From assembly GCF_001194135.2 (NCBI RefSeq), contig NC_068991.1, forward strand, positions 30,221,913 through 30,285,912: a stretch of 64,000 nucleotides of DNA, read 5' to 3'. The notes beneath the pieces were generated by a model. It was not told the origin of the DNA. It searched no databases and saw nothing but the letters and a program-made list of their open reading frames with translations. A program made the position numbers and the translations under genes. Of the stretch, positions 12,520-24,440 are shown piece after piece. The first letter of the stretch is position 1; each line of letters starts with the position of its first letter. Source of the DNA: Octopus bimaculoides. Taxonomy: Eukaryota.

Positions 12520-13116
12520 GTATATGTGTATATATATATATATNNNNNNNNNNNNNNNNNNNNNNNNNNNNNNNNNNNNNNNNNNNNNNNNNNNNNNNNN
12601 NNNNNNNNNNNNNNNNNNNNNNNNNNNNNNNNNNNNNNNNNNNNNNNNNNNNNNNNNNNNNNNNNNNNNNNNNNNNNNNNNNNNNNNNNNNNNNNNNNNN
12701 NNNNNNNNNNNNNNNNNNNNNNNNNNNNNNNNNNNNNNNNNNNNNNNNNNNNNNNNNNNNNNNNNNNNNNNNNNNNNNNNNNNNNNNNNNNNNNNNNNNN
12801 NNNNNNNNNNNNNNNNNNNNNNNNNNNNNNNNNNNNNNNNNNNNNNNNNNNNNNNNNNNNNNNNNNNNNNNNNNNNNNNNNNNNNNNNNNNNNNNNNNNN
12901 NNNNNNNNNNNNNNNNNNNNNNNNNNNNNNNNNNNNNNNNNNNNNNNNNNNNNNNNNNNNNNNNNNNNNNNNNNNNNNNNNNNNNNNNNNNNNNNNNNNN
13001 NNNNNNNNNNNNNNNTGGTATTTATTTTATCGGTTTCTATTGTCGAACCACCTGATACTTATTCTCTAGTGTTTTATTAAATGTATGTATATGCATATAC
13101 ATATATACACATGTGC

Positions 13117-13336
13117 TATTTCTTTACTACCCACAAGGGGCTACACACAGAGGGGACAAACAAGGACAGACAAACGGATTAAATCGATTATATCGACCCC
13201 AGTGCGTAACTGGTACTTATTTAATCGACCCCGAAAGGATGAAAGGCAAAGTCAACCTCGGCGGAATTTGAACTCAGAACGTAGCGGGCAGACGAAATAC
13301 CGCTAAGCATTTCGCCCGGTGTGCTAACGGTTCTGC
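13117..13336 (-). mobile_element. SINE family B, long-tail subfamily
   Basis: B head and core followed by tail AATCCGTTTGTCTGTCCTTGTTTGTCCCC..TAAAGAAATA. Confidence 0.85.
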
Positions 13337-13379
13337 GCGCGCATATATATCCATTTTATCTTTTATTTTTTTATATCTT

Positions 13380-13640
13380 TTCCTTGTTTCAGGCAATAGA
13401 CTGGAGCCATGCTGTTCGACCCCGGTGTTTATTTTTTAAGCATGGAATCTCTTTGCCGATCTTCTATGTTACGTGGACGTAAACAAACCAAGTTGTCAAG
13501 CCAAAGACACACACACATAGATGGGCTTCTTTCAGTTTTCATCTACCATATTCACTCACAATTCTTTAGTCAGCTCGGGTCTATAGTAAAAAACACTCAA
13601 GCGCTCGCACAGCAGGATTGAACCCAAGACAATTGCTTGG
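13380..13640 (-). mobile_element. Degenerate SINE family A
   Basis: Similarity to 1091-1476. Confidence 0.65.
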
Positions 13641-13659
13641 ACTTGCCTAGAGTGTATGT

Positions 13660-14047
13660 CAACTTGCCAGAGAAGCCCTCATCCACTTGGACTCCAGAAC
13701 CATCCCCTGAGCTACATGTGCAATGAGATATCAGATGATGAAATTGCAATTAGCTGTCGCTGACCCGGTTCTAATCTCAAGAGCTACGTTATTAGCTAGT
13801 CTTTCTAGCGTTGCCCACTTCCGTCACTGGAAACATCATTCATGTCAACCTTGGTTGGTGTCTACATCCGCTTACTCTGCCGTTACGTTCTTGAAGGGTG
13901 GCTGTTTGCGTTCAGTCTGGGATTCTTCTTCGACGATACCGCCATGGGTGATCCCAGCAGGAGTACTTGACTCTCGACGACATCGCTCTCAGAGTCATTG
14001 AACCCAGAATACCTCCCACTGCAACAAGGAACGACCATGAGAAGAGG
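13660..14047 (-). mobile_element. Probable 5' end/UTR of an RTE-clade LINE
   Basis: Minus strand CCTCTTCTCATGGTCGTTCCTTGTTGCAGTGGGAGG..CAATGACTCTGAGAGCGATGTCGTCG..CTGCTGGGATCACCCATGGC resembles, from memory, Expander/Rex3-type RTE 5' termini. Confidence 0.5.
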
Positions 14048-14824
14048 ACACACACACACGCGCGAGCGCGCACGCACGCACACACACACACACACACATA
14101 CACACACACACACACACCGAAATATGTATGCATGTATGTATGTATGTATGCATGTACGTGTGCCTGTATATGTATGCGTGTATGTATATACGTATATGTA
14201 CTATGCTTTTACTGAAAGGTTTGCAATAAATACGCATTTATAAAATCGCCAAACGAGCCATGACGTCATCGCTTGACGAAGCCAACATCATTTAACGAAA
14301 CTGTACCGTATTCAGCATCCAGTCGAGACCACGTGACACTGATGTCAGCAATTTTAGCAGAAAGAAAATTGTACATTTTCTTAGAAGTGTTTTCTTAGTC
14401 ATGGCTGTAGTTGTGTGTCTCTGTTTTAAGTTGTTTAGTCTGTTAATGATCAGCTGCTTGATTGACAGTAGACGCCGTGTGTTTATCTTCTACACAGGGT
14501 GCCAGTCATCCTTGAAAGAAACCATCAATGTTTATAGAAATGACGGCTATATAGAGCGGAAATTATGCACGTCATCTATACAGCACCGCTTATACTATGA
14601 TGTAATTGATCACGTGTCAATGCTTGAATTGTGTGTGCAGCACGTAGTCGTATATCTGGATGATGATGAAAGGTGTTGGTGATTGAGGAGCGAAATCACG
14701 GTGGGAGAAGCTGCTTTGATATACAGACACGTATATATATATATGTTTGTATGTATGTAGGTATATGTATCTATGTGTATACAAACACAATATATTAACA
14801 TATATATATAAATGTATGTAAATA

Positions 14825-14861
<37 letters not shown>

Positions 14862-14989
14862 GTAAGTATATACATATAATAGATACATATACATGCTCTG
14901 TATAATATATATGCCTATAAGTGTGCATTTAAAAGCAACAACTTTTCTCGTAGACATTGTATATTAAGAACATGACTGTTTTACAGTTT

Positions 14990-15137
14990 GGGGTGGAGAA
15001 AAATCGATTATATCGACACCAGTGCTCAGCTGGTATTTATTTTATCGACTATGAAAGGAAGAAAGGAAGAGTCGGCCTCAGCGGAATTTGCACTCAGAAA
15101 GTGAGGCATGCTAACCATTCTGCCAGCTCGTTGCCGC
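14990..15137 (-). mobile_element. SINE family B (degenerate), tandem with the next copy
   Basis: Core and head motifs. Confidence 0.75.
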
Positions 15138-15154
15138 AACAACAATAACAATCA

Positions 15155-15369
15155 TCTTTTCTACTATAGACACAAGGCCTGAAATTTTGGGGGAGGCTAC
15201 CAGTCGATTACATTGACCCCAGTGCGTAACTGGTACTTAATTATCGACTCCGAAAGGATGAAAGGAAAAATCGACCTCGGTGGAATTTGAACTCAGAACG
15301 CGAAGACGGACGTAATACTGCTAAGCATTTTCGGCCGGCGTGCTAACGATTCTGCCAACTCACCGCCTT
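15155..15369 (-). mobile_element. SINE family B, second tail type (..CAGGCCTTGTG..TATAGTAGAAA)
   Basis: Intact head ending at CCGCCTT on the plus strand. Confidence 0.85.
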
Positions 15370-15370
15370 A

Positions 15371-16740
15371 CACAAAGTCAACGCGCACTATGAGCTGAGA
15401 AAGAATGGGCCTCGCTTCAACCACCTTCTCTTCATGGATGATTTAAATCTGTTAGAGAAAACAGAGCCTGAAAGGGAGAGGCTGGTACAGATGTGCAGCA
15501 AGGATATAGGGATGGAATTCGGTATCTCGAAGTGGGCGGTGCTCGCTTTGAAACGGGAGAAAAGAGCAAATTGTTGAGACATAATTTTGGCAATGAACTC
15601 GCAGACAGTCGCAGTAGTTCGGTACGGCGCTGGAATCCTGGAGTGGATAGAGGAGGAGCGAAAGGAGATGGACAGTAAGAAATCTTCTAACGATGCATGG
15701 AGCCCCTCATCCACGTGCAGACACTGGTCGCCTTTACATGAAGAGAGCAAATTGAGGAAGGGGACTGATAAGTGTGGGAGACTGCGTGCGTATCGAACTC
15801 GAAAGTTTAATGAGATACCTAGCCCAAAGTAAGGAAACCTTGCTAGTGTCAGGTATGAGGAGTATTGAAAGCAGAGGAAAAAGAGAAAACAAAGGAATAA
15901 ATACAAAAAGGACACGAAGAAGAATTATACAACAAGGGATTGCACAATCAATTCCATGTAGCCACAACAGAAGTTGCTGGAAAAATAGGTGGGATTGACT
16001 GAAGAAAGGAACACTAATGAAAAAAACTAAGAGCACTATACTGGCAGCGCAAGAACAAGCTTTGGATACGAACTGGTTGGTCAACCTTAGGAATGAGCAA
16101 GTGTCTCCGCTGTGCCGCATCTGTAATAGAGTGAATGAAACTATTGCCCATATCACAAACGAATGCCCTAGACTTGCCCAAAACCATTACAAGTTGTGGC
16201 GACATCATCAGGTAACGAAAGTGCTACACTGGAAACTGCGAAAAGTAGGGACTCGAGAGTCAAGACGTGATATGAGTACAAACTGCTGAGAGTGACGAAG
16301 TCGAAGACTAGCAAAATCCTCAGGGATTTCCCAATCCAAACAGATTAGGCGCTAGAGTATAACAGACATGATGCACCACCTGTGCTATACAGTTGACGTT
16401 TGGAGGCGAAAATATAGATAAATACAACCTTCTTAAGTACGAAATAGTCCGGTTATGGACAATGAAGTGGATGAAGATAGTGCCAATTATTTTTCGGTAC
16501 TTGGGGACAGCATCAGAAGGCATCAAGAGAAATATAAAAGTAATTGGAAAAGAGTACCCAATAGAACTGTTCCAAAATATTTGCTTCCTTGGCACGGTCA
16601 GAATAATCAGGAAAGTATTAGATAGCTGAAAAGAACGGATAGCATGGTACCGTAGGGTGCAGGTAGAAAGCCCTCTACGCATGCAAGACTCCAGGAGTTC
16701 CAACAAAACCTGAGATAAAAAGAAATAATAATAATAATGA
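15371..16740 (+). mobile_element. 5'-truncated, internally deleted R4/Dong-like LINE ending in (AAT)n
   Basis: RT HLLFMDDL; AVVRYGAGILEW; AAQEQAL..CRIC..ETIAHITNECPRLAQNHYK..RH; RLE C-terminus KYNLLKYEIVRLW..IVPII..LGT..RKVLDS*. Confidence 0.9.
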
Positions 16741-16971
16741 TGGTTTCAAATTTTGCCACAAGGTCAGCAATTTTGAGTGGCGTGGATGAGTCGATTACAT
16801 CAACTCCAGTCTTTCACTGTTACTATATTTATCGACCCCGAAAGGATGAAAGGCAAAGTAGACCTCGGCGGAATTTGAGCTCAGATCGTAGCAGAATACG
16901 AATGTAGCGACGGGCGAAATAACGCTAAGCATTTCGCCCGGCGTGCTAACGATTCTGCCAGCATGCCGCTT
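16741..16971 (-). mobile_element. SINE family B (first of three head-to-tail copies)
   Basis: Head, core and tail motifs; shares the (AAT)n tract with the LINE 3' end. Confidence 0.85.
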
Positions 16972-16984
16972 TAATAATAATAAT

Positions 16985-17326
16985 AATCCTTTCTACAGGG
17001 TGTCCACAAAGTCTGGGTACACGGAATAAATAAAATCATAACAAACAATTAAATATAAGAAATAATAATTTCTTAAAGTATGTGTTAATCCCATGTACCC
17101 AGACTTTGTGGACACCCTGTAGTATAGGCACAACGCCTGGATTTTGTGGGGAGAAGGACATCGATCACATTGACTACAGTACTCAGCTCGTACTTAATGC
17201 ATCGACCCCGAAAGGATGAAAAGCAAAGTCGACCTCGGTGCAATTTGAACTCAGAATGTAGCGGCATGCGAAATACCGCTACATATTTCGTCCGGCATGC
17301 TAATGATTCTGCCAGCTCACCACCTT
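16985..17326 (-). mobile_element. SINE family B interrupted in its tail by a MITE
   Basis: The tail sequence is continuous once the MITE is removed. Confidence 0.85.
16996..17119. mobile_element. 124-bp Tc1/mariner-type MITE
   Basis: Perfect 26-bp TIR CAGGGTGTCCACAAAGTCTGGGTACA (16996-17021 / 17094-17119); TA duplication at 16994-95 and 17120-21. Confidence 0.92.
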
Positions 17327-17337
17327 AATAATTATTA

Positions 17338-17549
17338 TTTCAAATTTTTGCCACAAGGGAAGCTTGGGGGAGATGGGTATGAGTCGATTACATCGACCCT
17401 AGTGTTCAGCTGGTACTAATTTTATCGACTCCGAAAGGATGCAAGGCAAAGTCGACCTCGGCGGAATTTGAACTCAGAACGTAACAGCAGGCGAAATACC
17501 GCTAAGCATTTCACCCGGCATGCTAACGATTCTACCAGCTCACCGACTT
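17338..17549 (-). mobile_element. SINE family B (third tandem copy)
   Basis: Head, core and tail motifs. Confidence 0.85.
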
Positions 17550-17599
17550 GATAATAAGAAGAAGAATGAAAGCAAATCAAAAGTATAGATATGAAGGAG

Positions 17600-18330
17600 A
17601 AACGCGGTAAAGAATATTTTCGCAAAATGAAGGAAAATACCAAAATTCAAATGAGATGCGAAAAACATCATAAAAGCAATCATCCTGAGAAGAGTAACTC
17701 TAATAAAGTATGGAGCAGGAATTACTGAATACAGAATGAATGGATAGAATGACATTAACAAAAATAAAATTTAAATACAAAACTAGGAAGCAGATCACGA
17801 TAATAGAAACATTCATCTGAAATCAGATGGAGATCGATTATACTGGAGGAAAGGGGTTAATGAATGTTGAAAGGATAGCATATAGAGAGAAGACAATTTG
17901 CAGAAGGAGCAGAACCCATAAAGAGAAAGTGAAAATGTGGGAAAGATGAAATCTATGTTTGAAGGAAAGACAATTTACTCAGTGATTTTCCCAAAATACA
18001 AGTAAGATAAAGGATAACAAGGACACGTGGTTATGGCTAAAGAAAGGAAGGCGGAAGGAGTCAGAAAATGGTATTTTTGTGGCACGGGAACGAGATTTCA
18101 TGGTAAAAATTGGATCAGGAGTACGATAGATCAGCAGTGCTTTTCACTCAAATGTAGAATGTGAAATGATTCTTGAGACTATAATTCACATTGTATCGGA
18201 ATATCCACAGCTAAGAATGGTTACAAACAGTACAAACATGATCAGATTGTTGTAATATTGGTTTTGGATGTGCAGAAAGGTATAACCATTTGAGAGAGTA
18301 GAAATGCAAGATCTCGAAAATGAAGTGAGC
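17600..18330 (+). mobile_element. Highly decayed R4/Dong-like LINE remnant
   Basis: Residual motifs IKYGAGI and HLKSDGDRLY. Confidence 0.55.
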
Positions 18331-18494
18331 TATTGTTGTGGATGTCACTTTTGTTGGTCTTCTTGTTGCTACTGTTGTTGGTGCTGCTGCTATTTCGATT
18401 TGTTCCGGAGGAGGTTCAGTGCGATGGTCATAAACTTAAAATTACCTATCTGATGAAGGGTAACGTAAACTTTTTATACCGCAATATCTGATCG

Positions 18495-18712
18495 GGGAGA
18501 ATCGTTAGCATGCCGGACAAAATGCTTAGCTGCATTTCTTGTCTTTAACATTCTGCGTTCAAATGTCACCGAAGCAAACTTTGTCTTTCATCCTTTCGGG
18601 GTCGATGAAATAAATACCATTTGAGCACTGTGGCCGTTATAATTGACTAGCTCCGCCCACAAATATTCAGGCCTTGTAACTATAGTAGAAAGAATTATTA
18701 TTGCAGGAAAGA
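18495..18712 (+). mobile_element. SINE family B
   Basis: GAATCGTTAGC..CATCCTTTCGGGGTCGAT..CAGGCCTTG..TATAGTAGAAAG then (ATT)n. Confidence 0.8.
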
Positions 18713-19629
18713 TCTAGATATTTTGTGCGTGGTCGGCGTCCTCCTCAAATACATGGCTGCTTTGTTTACCCAGACAAAAATGAAACGCAATATCAAATTG
18801 GATAGGATTCGAACTCACAATCTAAATAAACGCAACTTAATACAGCATGACAAAATGTCTACTGCTTTACTGATACTACCATCTCTTTTGTATGGCAGGC
18901 TATTGCATGTGTGTTGCATTTTAGCATGGTTCATACCCGCCCCATCTGCCCCATTATTTTTGTTCACATGTTTTCTTGCATGAATTGCTTACATCCTGCT
19001 GTCTGTTGGGCTATGCAGTGGTGCAAACACTTAGATGTTATGTTCTTCAAGCAATGATGTTACACTGATTTAGAGGAACACATTTTCACATTGAAAACAA
19101 GCATTCTACGCTTGTTTTCAACGAAGCGGTTGTAACAGGTCTAGTTGGCATGGCGCCATCCTGTGAATATACACACATGCATACGCACACATATACACAC
19201 GCAGACACAAACACAACACACACATATGTACGCATATACATAAATATCTGAATACATTCAAATATATATCTACATATAGACACACACAAATATACATACA
19301 CACACACACACGTAATATATGCATATGCGAAGCATTATGATCAAATGCATAGACACACACACGCACGTATATATTGCACATAGATATACATACCCAAATA
19401 TTCATATATGTATATATANNNNNNNNNNTATATATATATATATATACTTACCTATATTATATATTCATATATATATGTATGCATACATATATATATTTTT
19501 TTGCATACACACATACACATATATACATACATATACACATGCACACACATATATACACAGATACATATATACATACATATATACATATATACATATATAT
19601 ATACACACATAAGAAAAGGGTATGAAAAC

Positions 19630-19857
19630 GGAATAAACAATTATTTTATGAACTTCATTAGCTTACAACTGTTTCTGTTATAAGATGCAGTGGACACATA
19701 GTTCAGTGTCTGAGTAACACCGAATATGAAGTGCACTTCATATGTAAGACTCCGATGAAGCTATAAGGTGTTATTGAAACACTCACCTATAAGTCTATGC
19801 ATCTTACAGCAGAAACAGTTGAAAGGTAATGAAGTTCATAAGATAATCGTTTATTTC
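19630..19857. mobile_element. 228-bp palindromic element, same family as 3697-3835; hammerhead core mutated or deleted
   Basis: ~60-bp inverted arms; central perfect 20-bp palindrome ATATGAAGTGCACTTCATAT at 19724-43; CCGATGA 19752-58; GAAAC 19812-16. Confidence 0.8.
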
Positions 19858-19978
19858 TTTTTGTCATCTCATTTTCCTATTACCGCTTTGGACTGGAATA
19901 ATGCTTCTTTCTGGAACATATGCATATTGAATTCTGCACCGGGTATTAGTCTCGCTATGCCTAAATAAAATATATATG

Positions 19979-20059
<81 letters not shown>

Positions 20060-21026
20060 NNNNNNNNNNNNNNNNNNNNNNNNNNNNNNNNNNNNNNNNN
20101 NNNNNNNNNNNNNNNNNNNNNNNNNNNNNNNNNNNNNNNNNNNNNNNNNNNNNNNNNNNNNNNNNNNNNNNNNNNNNNNNNNNNNNNNNNNNNNNNNNNN
20201 NNNNNNNNNNNNNNNNNNNNNNNNNNNNNNNNNNNNNNNNNNNNNNNNNNNNNNNNNNNNNNNNNNNNNNNNNNNNNNNNNNNNNNNNNNNNNNNNNNNN
20301 NNNNNNNNNNNNNNNNNNNNNNNNNNNNNNNNNNNNNNNNNNNNNNNNNNNNNNNNNNNNNNNNNNNNNNNNNNNNNNNNNNNNNNNNNNNNNNNNNNNN
20401 NNNNNNNNNNNNNNNNNNNNNNNNNNNNNNNNNNNNNNNNNNNNNNNNNNNNNNNNNNNNNNNNNNNNNNNNNNNNNNNNNNNNNNNNNNNNNNNNNNNN
20501 NNNNNNNNNNNNNNNNNNNNNNNNNNNNNNNNNNNNNNNNNNNNNNNNNNNNNNNNNNNNNNNNNNNNNNNNNNNNNNNNNNNNNNNNNNNNNNNNNNNN
20601 NNNNNNNNNNNNNNNNNNNNNNNNNNNNNNNNNNNNNNNNNNNNNNNNNNNNNNNNNNNNNNNNNNNNNNNNNNNNNNNNNNNNNNNNNNNNNNNNNNNN
20701 NNNNNNNNNNNNNNNNNNNNNNNNNNNNNNNNNNNNNNNNNNNNNNNNNNNNNNNNNNNNNNNNNNNNNNNNNNNNNNNNNNNNNNNNNNNNNNNNNNNN
20801 NNNNNNNNNNNNNNNNNNNNNNNNNNNNNNNNNNNNNNNNNNNNNNNNNNNNNNNNNNNNNNNNNNNNNNNNNNNNNNNNNNNNNNNNNNNNNNNNNNNN
20901 NNNNNNNNNNNNNNNNNNNNNNNNNNNNNNNNNNNNNNNNNNNNNNNNNNNNNNNNNNNNNNNNNNNNNNNNNNNNNNNNNNNNNNNNNNNNNNNNNNNN
21001 NNNNNNNNNNNNNNNNNNNNNNNNNN

Positions 21027-21081
<55 letters not shown>

Positions 21082-21104
21082 ATATATATATATATGTGTA
21101 TATA

Positions 21105-21136
<32 letters not shown>

Positions 21137-21453
21137 CATACACACACACGTACATTAATCCATCGATGCATATAAATGCATTTTTTGCAGATATATATAT
21201 ACATATGCACATGCATACACGCACGCGCATGAACCTGGCATTGTGGGACAATTCGGTCATCCATTGTCAACAGCAGAACTGAGTATATACTTGTGTACGT
21301 GTTCGAGTTCATACTTGTGAAAGTGTTAGTATGCTACCAGGTGCGGATATATTAGTCCATGTGAATGTCACCTTGTGTGAGTTTGTGTGTGTTTGTGTAT
21401 GTTCATGTGCATGTGTTATAATGACTTTTCTTTGCGTCTAAGATTTGTATGGA

Positions 21454-21508
<55 letters not shown>

Positions 21509-21959
21509 TATACAAAGCGAGGGGGAGAGAGATAGAGAAAGAGAGAGATAGAGAAGGAGAGAGAAAGAGAGAGAGGTTCTGCATGTTCTTTTCATTTTCT
21601 TTGACTTAGAAATGGCGGCAGTTATTTTGAAATATGTTGGTGAATTAATGAACAAACTTCCTTTCAAAATTTTTGAAACGCAAGTGCTTTAGCATAAGAG
21701 TACATTGATCCGGTTATTTGTCTAGAAAATGCGTAGTTTAATCACATGACAGGGGAAAATATACGAACAACATTTGAGTTTTATTGCTAAATAAACTTAT
21801 GGAACGTTCAGCATCATACTTATGCGTTCTAGCTTTTGTACGAGATGGATTCGGTAACATAAATACAACGAAATATTTATTTGCCTTTTCATATGGGCTG
21901 CCACGGAAAATTATCATGACGGTCCGCATTAAATATGATTACGACATTCTTCATAGAAA

Positions 21960-22700
21960 TGTTCAGATCGATTGAAAAAAAAACTATTAAGTGGTGACCA
22001 AATAGCAAAGAATGCTATAGAAGTTAGGGAAGTGTAGCGAACAGTCGATATGTATCTATCGGAGCATGTCCTTGCACACAAATTGTTCCAGATAGTAGCA
22101 CACGAAAGATATGTGACTATGATTGAAATTTCCATCCTATAAAATTATGACTGCATAAGAAAAGAAATTGATGTTTTCAAAGCTAGTAATGTTTGCTAGA
22201 AAACATTCTCGTAAATTGTACAGATGATATAGTCGTTTCTATGAGTGACGAAAGACATCTTGAAATGTTTGGTTGCATAAATAATCAACATTCCTGCTAT
22301 TGATTGCACATTAGCCCACGACAACTTCTTGGTCATGTAAGAATGTGGGGTTGTGTGATAAACTATAGTATAATAAAACCATATTGCCTTGAAATGAGTG
22401 AATATACAGTAACAATGGATTCTGAGAATTAAGCGTTTTTATTATGCAATTTCCTTTTTCCAGAATTTAACTGACAGGAAATTAATTTACGAAAGGTGTG
22501 GTTTCAACATGCGGGATCCACAGCCGATGCGACAAGACCTGCTAAGGACATTAATAAAGGGTTGTTTACTACCCATGTCAATTCCCAGGGGGGCTGCGCC
22601 ATACTTTGCCCTATTACCTGATCCTGACCTTTCAGTTTGTTAATATTCCGTTTGGAAATACACCTCTGAAATTCCACTTGTTGCTCTGGAGATTTCCATC
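21960..22700 (+). pseudogene. Tc1/mariner-superfamily transposase relic
   Basis: Decayed KFHP(Y)KI, MSDERHLEMFGCINNQ (cf. FSDEAHF.L.G.VNKQ) and VWFQHAGSTA (cf. WFQQDGATAH). Confidence 0.7.
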
Positions 22701-22722
22701 ATTTTCGATATTGGAAAAATAA

Positions 22723-22925
22723 TAAAAAGTTTTAAAATTCAAAGGAAACGGAGACTACATACATATAACAATCAATGTTGAATTATAGTAGAATTAATTG
22801 ATTATTCGCTTAATTAATAATTCAGTAAAATTAATAAGACAGTCCAATTAATTTGACCGACTATAATTAAAAATAGATTATTCTATGTATGTATTTTCCG
22901 TTTCCTTTGAATTTTTAAACTTTTA

Positions 22926-22928
<3 letters not shown>
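22723..22928. repeat. AT-rich ~205-bp inverted repeat (MITE-like)
   Basis: AAAAAGTTTTAAAATTCAAAGGAAACGGAGACTACATACATA versus the near reverse complement at ~22884-22924. Confidence 0.8.
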
Positions 22929-22970
<42 letters not shown>

Positions 22971-23129
22971 ATGCATCCGTACATATATAACATTGCAATA
23001 TATATAAATGCAACGACAAATAAAGCATGAATTGAGCAAATCATATTTCAATTTACGTAAGTATTTATAGAGTATCCTTCATGACCCTTATTCAGCGTGT
23101 GTTACGAAGGATACTCTGAATAGCACTTG

Positions 23130-23950
23130 GAAAGTTATCAATTATAGCCTGAGTTATTACATAAGGTCATAGGATATTTATGGATTTTCAGATATTTGTC
23201 TAGTAAAATAGATTTCCTGTTAAAAGCATATATAAATGTTCTGTTTTGCCTGGACTTTTGCTGGTATATTCATATCCTCTACAACAGAGCATGAATTTTG
23301 TTCCCTGTTCCACAGAGCAATATCAGGTCTGTAACGTTTGCACCGAATTGCTGCTTTTATTGGAGTGTTCAACCTGTATTTCTTCTTTTTAAAGGTAGGA
23401 ATATATGCTAGTTATGACTTACCTTTGATGTATAGGTCAGGGCAATCCTTTCTGTGGATAGTCTTTACAATTTTGTCATGCTTCAAGGGTAGGTTGTATC
23501 TCGTGGGACATTTTGGGGCAGCTGCTGATTATATTTGTGATATCTTCCACACTGGCATAGCAGAGCCGACATTTCCTATCACAACGTAGAGGTTTGATGG
23601 TATCTTTGTCTCTCTTGCTTTGGTATTTAGTAGCTATTTCTTTTTCCTGGATAGCAAAGATGTATACTTCCTTCTAAGTGTGATGTAATGGCTCTATCAC
23701 AGGTGCAGAAGACGCTACACCTGCTATCCTCTAGCTTACGGCATATGCACCCATGCATTGTTTTTTGCTGGTATGATGGCTGCTTCTCCAATCTTCTGTT
23801 TAGGTAAGCCAGAAAAACCTCCTTTAGGTAACATGAAGCAGCTGTATTCTCATAATATCGGTTCAGTAATTCTTCTTCAGCTCTGAAGAAGTTACTGCTG
23901 TCACTTTTGAAATATGCATAAATTGTATTCATTTCTTTCTTTACCGATGA
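23130..23950 (-). mobile_element. Decayed RLE-LINE fragment related to 9150-10790
   Basis: TSHLEG/YIFAIQEKEIATKY, CDRKCRLCYASVEDITNIISSCPKM, RYRPDIALWNRE. Confidence 0.8.
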
Positions 23951-24216
23951 GCAAGTGTTGACTCAGTGATACAATGCGACATTAAAAAACTGTTTGGACT
24001 GACTTTATGCATGAGAAATGTATGTATATTTGATTTTGAATTTCATTAAAAAAATTCATTATTTCTGTGTTGTTTCTTTTTGCTCATGTATGTGTGTATA
24101 CTTGTATGTGGCGTGTGTGTGTGTTTGTGTGTGGTTGATACGTCTTCAAGGTCCAACATTGCTTCCTGATATCAAAATTATCATTAGTATTATCATCATT
24201 ATCATCATTTTTATTC

Positions 24217-24440
24217 GGCGAGTCGGCAGAATCATTGGAGCACCGGACAATATGCTTAGTGGCATTTCATCCCTCTTTACGCTCTAAGTTCAAATTCCGC
24301 CGAGGTAGACTTCGTCTTTCATCCTTTTGAAGTCGATAAAATAAGTACCAGTTGAACACTGGGGGTCATTGTAATCGACTAGCCCCTCCCCTCAAAAAGA
24401 ACCGGCCCTGTGTCAAAATTTGAAACCATTATCATTATTT
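24217..24440 (+). mobile_element. SINE family B flanked by (ATT/ATC)n on both sides
   Basis: Head, core and tail motifs. Confidence 0.8.

Noticed and set aside
18445-18470. CTGATGAAGGG motif
   Set aside because: There is no matching helix II 3' strand or GAAA, so it is not a hammerhead.
19091-19121. 12-bp perfect hairpin TTGAAAACAAGC/GCTTGTTTTCAA
   Set aside because: Isolated, short and AT-rich; prokaryote-style terminator logic does not apply here.
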